In this document: piece by piece, positions 1-8,802 of the stretch
Position numbering within the stretch: the first letter of the stretch is position 1
How the letters are laid out: the number at the start of each line of letters is the position of its first letter
IMG/VR virus record: IMGVR_UViG_3300020045_005706
Span: 1-39,116 of that record
Length of the DNA: 39,116 bases
Source of the DNA: a virus
Taxonomy: Duplodnaviria; Caudoviricetes
Strand: one strand, 5' to 3'
Notes under the pieces: model-generated
Told to the model about the DNA's origin: nothing
Databases searched by the model: none
What the model saw: the letters and a program-made list of their open reading frames with translations, nothing else
Program-made: the position numbers and the translations under genes

Positions 1-121
1 ACTTAACAACATTTTGTTTTTGGTCGGCGTTTTGCCAGTGGTCACGCACGATAATATGAGCGTTAGGAGTTTTGCCTTTTAAATCTTTCGGTTCGACAAT
101 TTCACCCGCAGCGTTTAATGC
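1..121. repeat. Terminal direct repeat, copy 1 (circular assembly overlap)
   Basis: Bases 1-121 are identical to 38996-39116, and an ORF reads through the junction. Confidence 0.95.
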
Positions 122-421
122 GTAGCCGCTTGCAGCATCAATCGTAAAACCCATTGCTTTACACATAACACCAAAATCTTCAACACCCATGCGCCGAACA
201 GCATCATCGGCATGAAAAAGATTAAAATTGTGTACCAGTTCGCCTGTTTTGCCATTGGCTTTGAATTGGAACGAACAAAGCAAGCCTTTTACATTGGATT
301 GTGATATTTCATGGTCTTTGTTGCGTAGCGTGTAAGCGGCATTTGTGCAGACTAATTTATATTGACCTTCTGGCATTACTGGAAGGGCTGTGGGACGTGT
401 ATCAAGTTTTAGAAATGACAT
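1..421 (-). CDS. 5' part of SSB-like (DUF669-like) protein spanning the circular junction; 174 aa in total
   Basis: ATG at 421 (MSFLKLDTRPTALPVMPEGQYKLVCTNA...), open to base 1 and continuing in frame at 38995 to TAG at 38892. Has a PEGxY N-terminal motif and lies directly after the Sak4-like gene. Missed by the ORF track. Confidence 0.75.
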   Translation of the reverse strand, partial: MSFLKLDTRPTALPVMPEGQYKLVCTNAAYTLRNKDHEISQSNVKGLLCSFQFKANGKTGELVHNFNLFHADDAVRRMGVEDFGVMCKAMGFTIDAASGYALNAAGEIVEPKDLKGKTPNAHIIVRDHWQNADQKQNVVK

Positions 422-432
422 GGTTTTATTCC

Positions 433-1269
433 TTATTTCATTAAATTAAAAATTGTAGCGCAATCGGCACCACCATTTAGTTCATACATAAATTCCATCC
501 CCTCAGGATTGGAATTTTTAGCAAAAAAAGCAGAGCGCGCTTCAGTGAATAAACAGCGTGCTACCTCGGTATTAATATCGGTGGCTTTTGTAACGGTTTT
601 ACGCGCTTTTCCTACGCCTGTTGTGACATCTACTGTCACCGTTTCGCGCTTCATGAAAAATACAAAGTCCGCCCACTGCATGACCTGCTTTTCTGCACTT
701 AGGTTTTTTTGGTCAAACAGATTTAACGCCCAAATGTCATAATCTTCGCCAGCTATTGGGCTTTTGTGCGTTTTAACTACAGCGTGAGCCAATAAAATAA
801 TGTTCATACCGCGTTTTTCAGCTATGCGATCAAGCGTAGATAAAAACCACGTCCACAATTCAATCACATAGCTGTAGCCCAAATTGTATCCAAAATCTTC
901 TAGTGACTTAGCCGCGCTACCGTCTTGCTTTGTGCGTGACTTTAAAATGTGGCTTTTAAAAATATCGGCAATACCTGACAGTCCATCAATAACCAGTGTT
1001 TTATAATCATGTTCAGTGGTTTCCAATAAGTGAAACTGCTCAACAAGTGAACTAATATCGCTATTACCAGCACCACGAAAGCTTGTGACCAGAGGCAACA
1101 TTGCGCAATCGACAGGTAAATAACGGTGCCTATCTTCGGTGCGCAAAAAAACAGGGTTTTCAGAATGTGCGGCTAAATAGGTTTTGCCAACACCGGGGGC
1201 AGAATAAAAAACCGCTTTGAAGTGGCGAACAGGTTTTTTAACCTGTAAAAAATCGTTTAAATTAGCCAT
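433..1269 (-). CDS. Sak4-like / AAA_24 ssDNA-annealing ATPase
   Basis: Walker A YSAPGVGKT, Walker B-like YKTLVIDG, plus IILLAH and QWADFVFF motifs. Start placed at ATG 1269 (track gives 1314). Confidence 0.8.
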   Translation of the reverse strand: MANLNDFLQVKKPVRHFKAVFYSAPGVGKTYLAAHSENPVFLRTEDRHRYLPVDCAMLPLVTSFRGAGNSDISSLVEQFHLLETTEHDYKTLVIDGLSGIADIFKSHILKSRTKQDGSAAKSLEDFGYNLGYSYVIELWTWFLSTLDRIAEKRGMNIILLAHAVVKTHKSPIAGEDYDIWALNLFDQKNLSAEKQVMQWADFVFFMKRETVTVDVTTGVGKARKTVTKATDINTEVARCLFTEARSAFFAKNSNPEGMEFMYELNGGADCATIFNLMK

Positions 1270-1420
1270 GACACACACCACTAATTTGTTGGTCACGTTC
1301 ATACTGCCGACCAAAACCAGATAGATAAGCTGTATTTTTTGAACGGCTTACACCGAGTTTAATACAATCGATAACGCCTTTTTTATACATGATGGCTTTC
1401 ATGTTCGTCTTGATATTCAT
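1262..1420 (-). CDS. Small hypothetical phage protein (52 aa)
   Basis: MNIKTNMKAIMYKKGVIDCIKLG...YLSGFGRQYERDQQISGVCHG; fills the gap between neighbours and its stop overlaps the next gene's start region. Below the track cutoff. Confidence 0.55.
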   Translation of the reverse strand: MNIKTNMKAIMYKKGVIDCIKLGVSRSKNTAYLSGFGRQYERDQQISGVCHG

Positions 1421-1613
1421 TTGTTTCACCTTTCCCCAATGTGGCAGCAGTTTCGTTTTTGTACATTGCGATAGCAGCGTTAGCTATCCACTCAGATAGA
1501 CCAATATCAAGCAGCACACAATGTGCTTTAATTTTGCTAAACATGGTCGCCTCAATTTTTACAGGCGTTTTCTTAAAATTCACTTTGTACCTCCTTTTTC
1601 TTAAGTACGGCAT
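1383..1613 (-). CDS. Small putative DNA-binding protein, ribbon-helix-helix-like
   Basis: KTPVKI beta pattern followed by two helices (MFSKIKAHC...LSEWIANAA); first gene of the leftward operon at a divergent junction. Confidence 0.5.
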   Translation of the reverse strand: MPYLRKRRYKVNFKKTPVKIEATMFSKIKAHCVLLDIGLSEWIANAAIAMYKNETAATLGKGETNEYQDEHESHHV

Positions 1614-1696
1614 TAGTTTATCATGAATAAATATAAATGCAAATATATTTTTGTGTTAATATATCTACTCACAAACAATAAATAATAGGAAAAGCA

Positions 1697-2953
1697 ATGA
1701 TTGAACTAAACGAAAAGCAACAACAAGCAGTTGACTATATAGAGTCAGCGGGTTTTAAGAGTTTTTACGGAATATTCGGGGCAGGCGGAACTGGTAAAAC
1801 CACTGCTATCAAGTCGATTAATAGCCGTTTCCGTGTCGCGTTTACCGCACCAACGAATAAAGCGGCTAAGGTAATGCGTGACAGCGGGTGTCCAGTTGAC
1901 GCAACCATGACCATTTACAGCTTTTTAGGGCTTACTGTCAATGAAGCGACTGGTAAAGTGACGATAGATAAAAAAGGACGGTGCAAATCAGGCGATTATG
2001 ACGTTTTAATCGTTGATGAGTGCAGTATGCTTAATAATGATATTTGTGACCGCTTACGTCAACTTGGGCGCATTAAAATCATTTGCATGGGAGATCATGC
2101 ACAACTCCCACCGCCTAAAGCGACACACAGCCCTATTTTTAAAATCATTGGCGATAATCATATAGTGCTAACCGAGCAAATGCGGCAGAAAAACGCGGAA
2201 AATCCTATCCATAAATTATTAACTGCTATGCGTATGGCGATAGATACTGGTGACAGTAGAATGGTTAAATTTGCCGATTTTAAAGCGCAGGCTCGAGACG
2301 ATGAAAAAGGTCTTAACGTGGGCGTGGTTACGACCAGCAACGGCAAACAATGGGAGAAATGGCTGATTAGTGCGTTTACTGACAAGCGCAGTTTTGAAAC
2401 GTTGGCAGTCGCGTACAGTAACAGGCGTGTCGATGAAATTAACGCACTAGTCCATACAAGTATCTATCCTGATTCAGAGACATATTGTGTCGGGGAAAAA
2501 TTGACGTTTCAAGCGGCAAAAAAAGAAGGTCAGCAGGTTGTGGCACAAAACGGAGACGTAATAACCGTAGAATCGGTAGTAAAAAAACAGGAACTTGTAA
2601 AAATTGGCACTCATAAAGTGATGATTGATAGCCTTTTAATCAACGGCGAATATCTGACACCGGGTGACCGAAACCAGTTTAATAACTGGCTTGAAATGTT
2701 GAAAACCGACTTAAACAATCCCCGCGTGACTGCCGGTTATTCATGGGGTGAACTGTATTTGTTGCGTGACAGGTTTGCTGATTTGCGGCATTCGTATTGT
2801 TCTACTGTCCACAAAGCACAGGGCAGCACCGTGGATAATGTTTTTGTAGATATGATTGACGTGTACAGGATGCCTGAACCGATTGATATTATTAACCGCT
2901 GTGTCTATACCGCACTCTCAAGGGCTAAATATAACGCTATTATTTTGTCGTGA
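1697..2953 (+). CDS. SF1 helicase, Dda/RecD-like
   Basis: GAGGTGKT, APTNKAA, LIVDECSM, GDHAQLPP, STVHKAQGST and YTALSRA motifs; AGGA RBS. Confidence 0.9.
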   Translation: MIELNEKQQQAVDYIESAGFKSFYGIFGAGGTGKTTAIKSINSRFRVAFTAPTNKAAKVMRDSGCPVDATMTIYSFLGLTVNEATGKVTIDKKGRCKSGDYDVLIVDECSMLNNDICDRLRQLGRIKIICMGDHAQLPPPKATHSPIFKIIGDNHIVLTEQMRQKNAENPIHKLLTAMRMAIDTGDSRMVKFADFKAQARDDEKGLNVGVVTTSNGKQWEKWLISAFTDKRSFETLAVAYSNRRVDEINALVHTSIYPDSETYCVGEKLTFQAAKKEGQQVVAQNGDVITVESVVKKQELVKIGTHKVMIDSLLINGEYLTPGDRNQFNNWLEMLKTDLNNPRVTAGYSWGELYLLRDRFADLRHSYCSTVHKAQGSTVDNVFVDMIDVYRMPEPIDIINRCVYTALSRAKYNAIILS

Positions 2954-2964
2954 TGATTTATACT

Positions 2965-2999
2965 AAAAAACCGAATAAGCCACCACGCTTATTCGGTTT
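2965..2999. terminator. Intrinsic terminator-like hairpin
   Basis: 13-bp stem AAACCGAATAAGC/GCTTATTCGGTTT with a 6-nt loop, after the helicase stop; A-tract on the left side. Confidence 0.65.
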
Positions 3000-3031
3000 C
3001 ACTTCTTACCAATCACAATAGAGATTTTAAC

Positions 3032-5266
3032 ATGAAATGCGCATTAGTACACAGTATTACATCGCCCGATAATTTTAAAACAATCAATATTTTAGATGTA
3101 TTGAGCGACATTAAAACAGAACGTTATAAAAGCATTATTGAAGCGTTGCCGCCAGCCACCGACAAGAAAGCATACACCGAAGCAAAGCGACACTTGCCAA
3201 GCTGGGCATTAAACGGCGAGTTTAGCGGCAAGGTAATAAACAGCGGCTTTACCGAGTCAAACGGCTTATTCCATATCGACATTGATGGATTAAGTGATCC
3301 AAAAGCGGTTAAATGGCAACTGGCACATGATATTCCAGAAATTTACGCACTATGGCTTAGTCCGTCTGGCAAGGGCTTAAAAGGATTGTTACGCATTCCT
3401 GATGATTTAATCAAAAAAGACAGCGACTTTAAAAGAGCGTTTGCACAAATTGAGCGTTATCTATCTGTGTACGATGTGACGATAGACAAAGCCTGTAAAG
3501 ACGTGCGGCGATTGTGCTTTGTCGGGTGTGATGCTGATATTTTTATCAACACCGACGCACCTGCTTTTATTTTTGATTCTGCCCAATGGGATTATAAGCC
3601 AGATATTCACGCTCCACTGGCTGTTAAGACTTCCGTTAGCAACCACGCAGACCGATACATTAACCGCTGTTGTGATTTGATTCTAAACGCTGGACAGGGT
3701 AATTATCACAACAGCCGTCTACGCGCCGGTAAACTGGCAGGTGGCTTTATTGCCGCTGGATTAATAAACGAGCATGAAGTCATGCAAGCGTTAAGCGATG
3801 CAAGCGATGCTATCAGTACACAGTACAGCGATAATGCAGCAGTAATACAACGAGAACAGAAAACTATTTATGACGCTATACAGCACGGGAAAGAGCTACC
3901 AGTTGAGCAGGAACAATACAGGCAGGTGTCAGGCGGGCAGGTAATGACAGAGAGTAAAGTCGTGTACCCTGATTTTGAAGCACCACGCGCAGCAACGGCG
4001 GAGGAAATTGAACAGCACGACTTTGACTATGAACCAGAACCACGCGCCACTTTTGACAATCCAGTATTGCCAATTAAACATCTAGCGGCGATTTGCGACT
4101 ATATTAACGCGCCAACTTACCATTATTCACCAAAAGCAACACAACACGCGGCAATCGCTTTTATTTGTCATGTTGTAAGTCGAAAGTTTTTAAGTGATGG
4201 CGGCGATAAATGCTCGTTAATGATAGGAAACGTGGGGACAACAGTTAGCCAGCTACAGGATATTAATAACAGCATAGAAGCGTTATGTACTGAGCTTGAC
4301 ATAGACAAAGACACTGCGCTATATAGAATGAGTCATATTGACTTGATAACTCATTACACGTCTGATGTTAATGCTAGTTGCAAATTGCTGTATATGCCGC
4401 CAGATTTAGGGCATACGATACGACAAGGACAAAGACAGTCATCACTAGCCATTGATGGCTTTATGGCTGAAATAGCGCAATTTCACGATAAAAAACAGCA
4501 TAAATTTAAAACAGCTAAGGGAACGCTAACCACGCAAAATCCAGTTATTAATGTTTATGCCAATTTTAGCGAGAATGATTTATTTACGTTTGGAAAAACA
4601 TCTAATTCAGATGGAATTTTCAATATGTTTTTAATCCAGACGAACAGTACAGAAGATTTCGTTTTCAACGCAAAAAAACATGAGCCATTGACCGACACAG
4701 AAACCTTTAAAAACCTGTCTGAACACGTTAAAAACATATCTTCAAAATCTACTACGCTTATGCCAAGCGTAAAAACTCCAGAAAGTGGGCAATCTATTAT
4801 TCATTGGTCAGTGAGTCAAAGCGCGTACAGTAAAAAGATTATTGATGCGTGCGGTATTAATACCGCTTGGCATAGTCGGGCAATGCGTCAATTCGCCAAT
4901 TTAGCGGCTACTGTAGCAGCGTGGAACGGTGATGATGCTATTACAGCGCAACTTGCTGATTTATGCTGTCAGTATGTGTGTTATCGCATTAGTGAGCTTG
5001 TGGAAGCACTTAGTAAGCGATCAAGCGAGGATGTTGCCCCAGACATTATGAGCAGAGTGCTGTCTATTATCCATAGGGCAGGTGTTGAAGGTGTAAAGGA
5101 GGGCTATATTTGCTTGTGTTGTGCGGCTTATAAAAAACTATCTGACACGGAAAAGGAAGATTTGATTCACCAACTGGTGAAGATGAAAGAGATTACTATC
5201 AGTATGAGTGATGGAAACAACAAAGGTAATGGAGGGCGCAAGGGTAGAAGGTTTTTTATTAGATGA
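3032..5266 (+). CDS. Primase/replication protein with N-terminal BT4734/VirE-N-like AEP domain
   Basis: K..LP...GEF...NGLFHIDID, SPSGKGLK and DKACKDVRRLCF motifs. C-terminal half not confidently assigned. Followed by an iteron region. Confidence 0.75.
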   Translation: MKCALVHSITSPDNFKTINILDVLSDIKTERYKSIIEALPPATDKKAYTEAKRHLPSWALNGEFSGKVINSGFTESNGLFHIDIDGLSDPKAVKWQLAHDIPEIYALWLSPSGKGLKGLLRIPDDLIKKDSDFKRAFAQIERYLSVYDVTIDKACKDVRRLCFVGCDADIFINTDAPAFIFDSAQWDYKPDIHAPLAVKTSVSNHADRYINRCCDLILNAGQGNYHNSRLRAGKLAGGFIAAGLINEHEVMQALSDASDAISTQYSDNAAVIQREQKTIYDAIQHGKELPVEQEQYRQVSGGQVMTESKVVYPDFEAPRAATAEEIEQHDFDYEPEPRATFDNPVLPIKHLAAICDYINAPTYHYSPKATQHAAIAFICHVVSRKFLSDGGDKCSLMIGNVGTTVSQLQDINNSIEALCTELDIDKDTALYRMSHIDLITHYTSDVNASCKLLYMPPDLGHTIRQGQRQSSLAIDGFMAEIAQFHDKKQHKFKTAKGTLTTQNPVINVYANFSENDLFTFGKTSNSDGIFNMFLIQTNSTEDFVFNAKKHEPLTDTETFKNLSEHVKNISSKSTTLMPSVKTPESGQSIIHWSVSQSAYSKKIIDACGINTAWHSRAMRQFANLAATVAAWNGDDAITAQLADLCCQYVCYRISELVEALSKRSSEDVAPDIMSRVLSIIHRAGVEGVKEGYICLCCAAYKKLSDTEKEDLIHQLVKMKEITISMSDGNNKGNGGRKGRRFFIR

Positions 5267-5276
5267 TAATTGACAC

Positions 5277-5296
5277 TATGTGCAAGGACGCGCATA
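5277..5296 (+). promoter_or_regulatory. CsrA/RsmA-type ANGGA hexaloop hairpin
   Basis: TATGTGC-AAGGAC-GCGCATA: 7-bp stem with one G-U pair and a CAAGGACG core. Confidence 0.5.
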
Positions 5297-5360
5297 CTTT
5301 ACAAAACATCGCAATATCCTCAGCAAGTCCCTTATTCTTAAGCGAATAGTTCAAATTAAG

Positions 5361-5680
5361 CACTTACCAACTCATCCATATAGAATGCGGTTGGTAAGTG
5401 GGTTCAAAAAAACGCAACACCCTCTCAGCCCATACAGAATGCAGTTGGTAAGTTGGTAAGTAAGTAAGGGTAGGTTTTTTCTATATAGAAAAAATAATTA
5501 ACACTTACCAACTTACCAACTTACCAACCGCCTACAAGCCGCGCTATTACTGGGTTTAGTTGGTAAGTAAGTTGGTAAGCATTTCCTTGTAAGCCGCGTC
5601 AATACTACAATCAGTTGGTAAGTGTTTGTATTTTTATTTTCTAATGAAATATATTTTTATATATTTGTATATTTATTCAA
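5361..5680. repeat. Putative replication origin: iteron array, central palindrome and AT-rich tract
   Basis: Ten copies of CTTACCAAC/GTTGGTAAG in both orientations (5362-5623), a 20-bp palindrome TTTTTTCTATATAGAAAAAA (5475-5494), then an AT-rich stretch. Non-coding and directly after the primase. Confidence 0.75.
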
Positions 5681-5744
5681 ATCACTGTGCTATCATTTAC
5701 CCAACGTCACAAAATAGTGACGGGTTAATAAATCGGAGAACAAA

Positions 5745-6053
5745 ATGAATATTATTACCACAGAGCTAGAAAAAGACTTTGGTGTTATCCGCGCCATAGA
5801 GCAAAAGATAACAAAATCATTTCCTTCTTATGAAGAAATTGACGGGCTTTTTTTCACACTACACACACACTATAAAAACCCTACTTTTTCAGGAATCATT
5901 TATTATGATGCTTTCGTAATACCCACGCCACAGCCCGCAGTTTTCACAATGTATGACGGTCGATGGACAATTGAAGCAGTCGGGGCATACGAATCACGCA
6001 TTGATGAAATGCTCGATATTTTAGTTAATACCTTTGGAGGCGAACGTGGCTAA
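5745..6053 (+). CDS. Hypothetical protein
   Basis: GGAG RBS before ATG; first gene after a TGcTATCAT extended -10-like box (5688-5696). Confidence 0.7.
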   Translation: MNIITTELEKDFGVIRAIEQKITKSFPSYEEIDGLFFTLHTHYKNPTFSGIIYYDAFVIPTPQPAVFTMYDGRWTIEAVGAYESRIDEMLDILVNTFGGERG

Positions 6054-6372
6054 GATTAACGCTGACGATATGCGCGAGGTTTGGTTAACCGCCGATGAAC
6101 CAGAAGACACGCGCCCCATATGTTCACACTGCAATAAACATCATGACGGCTCACACTACCAAGAATGGTGTAGTCCGCGCTGTGAAATTTTAGCTCATCT
6201 AGGGCAAATGAGCTATTTTGTTAATGAATTTACAACAAAGTTCAGTAGTTACGAGTCCGTGATTAGAGTGCTTACAGTGACTGGCTGGTTCGATGGTGTA
6301 AGCGACTCAAGTACAGACCGATGGCTACGGGTTATTTGGGCAAGAATGGAAGCAAATAAAGCTAAACTTTAG
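6046..6372 (+). CDS. Hypothetical protein with Cys motifs (CxxC...CSxxC)
   Basis: GGAGG RBS before GTG 6046 (track starts at 6034); overlaps the previous stop. Confidence 0.65.
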   Translation: MAKINADDMREVWLTADEPEDTRPICSHCNKHHDGSHYQEWCSPRCEILAHLGQMSYFVNEFTTKFSSYESVIRVLTVTGWFDGVSDSSTDRWLRVIWARMEANKAKL

Positions 6373-6398
6373 ATTTTTATAATTTTTTAGGAAAGACA

Positions 6399-7397
6399 AT
6401 GAGTAACGAATTAGTAGTAATACAGCAACAAAATGCACTTAATGTTTTTGCAGGCGAACAAACAGAACTTGACAGTATATTGTCTGATATAGCTAGAAAA
6501 GCACGATCTATTGTTCCAGATGTAACAACGGCTAAGGGCAGAGCTGAAATAGCGTCAATCGCGGCTAAAGTATCAAGCTCTAAAGCGGCGATTGAAAAAG
6601 CTGGTAAAGAGCTTGCTGATAAACAGAAAGAAATACCAAAACTGATTGACGCAAGCCGCAAGCGGTCACGGGATTTTTTAGATGCTTTGCGCGATGAAGT
6701 AAGGCAGCCACTAACCGAATGGGAAGCCGAGCAAGCGCGGATAAAAGCAGAAAAAGAAGAAGCCGAACGGATTGAAAATGAACGGATTGAAGCCGAACAA
6801 AAAGCAGAACAAGAGAGAATTGAAGCAGAGCGGCTGTTTTCTTTGTTATGGGATGAAGCTCACATAATGAACGAACGGTTTGACATTGACAAAGAAAAGG
6901 CTGAAATTGCGAAAGCCAAGCAAGCCGAACAGGACGAAAAAGACCGTTTAGCGCGTGAAGCTAAACTGGTCGAACAAGGTCGTTTAGCTGCTGAACAGGA
7001 GAACAAAGACGCATTGGCAAAAGCAGAACGCGAAAAACTCGAAGCCGAACAGCGCGAAAAACAAGCCGTTGAAAATGCGAGGATTGCTAAAGAAAACGCT
7101 GAGTTATTGGAAAAACAGCGGTTGATTGATTCCGAGAATGCGCGTGTTACTGCAAAAGAAAAGGCTGAACGTGAGCGATTGCAAGCGATTGAAGACGAAC
7201 GCAAGCGCGTTGAAGAAGAAGCGGCTAAGCAGAAAGCCATTGATGATAAACGCGCAGCAAATGCAATGCACAGAGAAGCTATTAAATTGCAAGTAAAAAA
7301 TTCGCTTATTGACGCTGGCTTGACTGAGGAACAAGCTGAAACCGTAGTAAATTTAGCCTGTGCTGATAAGTTAGGCGCGTTAAAAATCGAATTTTAA
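6399..7397 (+). CDS. Phage coiled-coil protein, E/A/K/R-rich, function unknown
   Basis: PDVTTAKGRAEIAS...IDASRK...LRDEVRQPLTEWE motif of a widespread phage family, followed by a long charged helix; AGGA RBS. Confidence 0.8.
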   Translation: MSNELVVIQQQNALNVFAGEQTELDSILSDIARKARSIVPDVTTAKGRAEIASIAAKVSSSKAAIEKAGKELADKQKEIPKLIDASRKRSRDFLDALRDEVRQPLTEWEAEQARIKAEKEEAERIENERIEAEQKAEQERIEAERLFSLLWDEAHIMNERFDIDKEKAEIAKAKQAEQDEKDRLAREAKLVEQGRLAAEQENKDALAKAEREKLEAEQREKQAVENARIAKENAELLEKQRLIDSENARVTAKEKAERERLQAIEDERKRVEEEAAKQKAIDDKRAANAMHREAIKLQVKNSLIDAGLTEEQAETVVNLACADKLGALKIEF

Positions 7398-7404
7398 TTA
7401 ATCA

Positions 7405-7420
7405 TGCGCAAGGATGCGCA
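7405..7420 (+). promoter_or_regulatory. CsrA/RsmA-type ANGGA hexaloop hairpin just upstream of an RBS
   Basis: TGCGC-AAGGAT-GCGCA, followed after 5 nt by the GAGGA RBS and ATG at 7437. Confidence 0.6.
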
Positions 7421-7436
7421 ATTTTGAGGAAAGACA

Positions 7437-7556
7437 ATGAGTAATATTTGGATGATAGACCAAAAAAACAGACCATCACGCCGCCCCATGCCGCTTGTTG
7501 TGTGGGTGGGTTTGGTGATAATTGTTTTCTTGTTGATTGCTGAGACATTGATATGA
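7437..7556 (+). CDS. Small membrane protein (39 aa, one TM segment)
   Basis: MSNIWMIDQKNRPSRRPMPLVVWVGLVIIVFLLIAETLI; strong RBS; ATGA overlap with the next gene. Below the track cutoff. Confidence 0.65.
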   Translation: MSNIWMIDQKNRPSRRPMPLVVWVGLVIIVFLLIAETLI

Positions 7557-7741
7557 TCATCAGGCATGACGAAGACGTTGAAGACGTGACAATGCAGCAG
7601 GTATACAGATATGCAGACCTGCATAAACTGCCGATAGTGTTTAACGAGTATCAAAGCATACAACGCTCTTTTGACCTTGTTGTCAGTACTACTGTGTGCA
7701 AAACTGAGAGACAGATTTATGATGAGATGGTGTTACTGTGA
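7553..7741 (+). CDS. Hypothetical protein
   Basis: Overlap-coupled on both sides (ATGA and GTGA). Confidence 0.6.
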   Translation: MIIRHDEDVEDVTMQQVYRYADLHKLPIVFNEYQSIQRSFDLVVSTTVCKTERQIYDEMVLL

Positions 7742-7971
7742 GCAAGTGCAACGATTGCAACTGGTTGGATACCTGCAAAAATACCGCCCAAACAGTTAGC
7801 GGCGTACCATTGCCGCCATTGTCACAACGTGGCGCAAAACCGTCATGCTGGTTGTGTAGCTGTTGTTACTGGCGAATGCAAGTATCAAGTCAACGGCGAG
7901 TGTGTGACGTATGTCACGCGGTAAAGCCTTTAAACAATGATAGCGTGCAAATTAAGCACACAAGGGGATAA
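7738..7971 (+). CDS. Cys-rich hypothetical protein (possible Zn-binding)
   Basis: Three CxxC pairs; coupled to the previous ORF. Confidence 0.55.
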   Translation: MSKCNDCNWLDTCKNTAQTVSGVPLPPLSQRGAKPSCWLCSCCYWRMQVSSQRRVCDVCHAVKPLNNDSVQIKHTRG

Positions 7972-7974
7972 AAA

Positions 7975-8157
7975 ATGACAGAGTATGAAAGCGAACAGCG
8001 CAAACTTAACGAACGCGCAATAGCAATAGGCGCAAAAATAACCATTGCACCGCGCTATGATGTTACGCTATCCGATGGCACTCATTATGCGGTTCGTACA
8101 CGCAAAGAGCTTTACATCTTAATCACACAATTGGAGCAAGAGCATGACAGCCGATAA
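7975..8157 (+). CDS. Hypothetical protein
   Basis: AGGGG RBS; tightly packed in the operon. Confidence 0.6.
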   Translation: MTEYESEQRKLNERAIAIGAKITIAPRYDVTLSDGTHYAVRTRKELYILITQLEQEHDSR

Positions 8158-8563
8158 TTTAGCAACGCGTGAAGACGTGGTAAATCACCCAAAACATTAC
8201 ACTAGCCACCCGTCTGGCATTGAGTGCATCGAATTTTCAAAGCATCTTAGCGGATGTTTAGCTCAGGCTTTTCAATATGTGTGGCGGTGTGGTCAAAAAG
8301 ATGACCCAGTGCAGGAATTGCGTAAGGCTATCTGGTTTATTGATGCTGAACTAAAAATAGTGCAACGGCAAAGAATGAGTAACGCGTATTATTATGAATT
8401 TCTTGATTTGAATTTAACAAAATTAAATCGTGCAGAGCATGATAATAATAAAAAAATTGCGCTATCAAATATCGCTATGTCTGCAAAAATATCAGATAGC
8501 CAGCCAGTTTTAATAATGGCAATACAAGCAATTGAAGAACTGATAAAGGAGTACGAACGATGA
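8144..8563 (+). CDS. DUF3310-family protein
   Basis: DVVNHPKHY...IECIE...YVWR...K...ELRKAIWFI signature. Confidence 0.85.
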   Translation: MTADNLATREDVVNHPKHYTSHPSGIECIEFSKHLSGCLAQAFQYVWRCGQKDDPVQELRKAIWFIDAELKIVQRQRMSNAYYYEFLDLNLTKLNRAEHDNNKKIALSNIAMSAKISDSQPVLIMAIQAIEELIKEYER

Positions 8564-8802
8564 TAGCGTATAACCACCAAGAAGTACCGCAATACAAAGT
8601 TGGTCAACGCGCCAAAAAAGTAACAGGCGATTACTTAATGCGCGGCACAATAGTTGGAGTATTTAACAAAACCAGCGGCGCGTGTCGGTACTGTTTAGAA
8701 GAAGACCACAGCGGGTTGATACATATCTATAACGCTGGTAATTTACAGCCGATGACGTTGACTGATGAAGTTAAGTCGTTTTTTGTTGGGTTATTTAAGT
8801 GA
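8560..8802 (+). CDS. Small SH3-fold protein resembling type II (DfrB/R67) dihydrofolate reductase
   Basis: VGQRAKKVTG...GTIVG...YCLE..HSGLIHIY pattern parallels R67 GDRVRKKSG...GQIVG...YAVE..[8 protein letters not shown] (recalled sequence); GGAG RBS. Confidence 0.5.
   Translation: MIAYNHQEVPQYKVGQRAKKVTGDYLMRGTIVGVFNKTSGACRYCLEEDHSGLIHIYNAGNLQPMTLTDEVKSFFVGLFK

Noticed and set aside
5361-5625. Repeat cluster as a CRISPR array
   Set aside because: Units are 8-10 nt, in both orientations and irregularly spaced, with no unique spacers and no cas genes.
1641-5656. AAATATATTT palindrome at 1641-1650 and 5647-5656 as a shared operator
   Set aside because: All-AT 10-mer in very AT-rich intergenic tracts; not distinguishable from chance.
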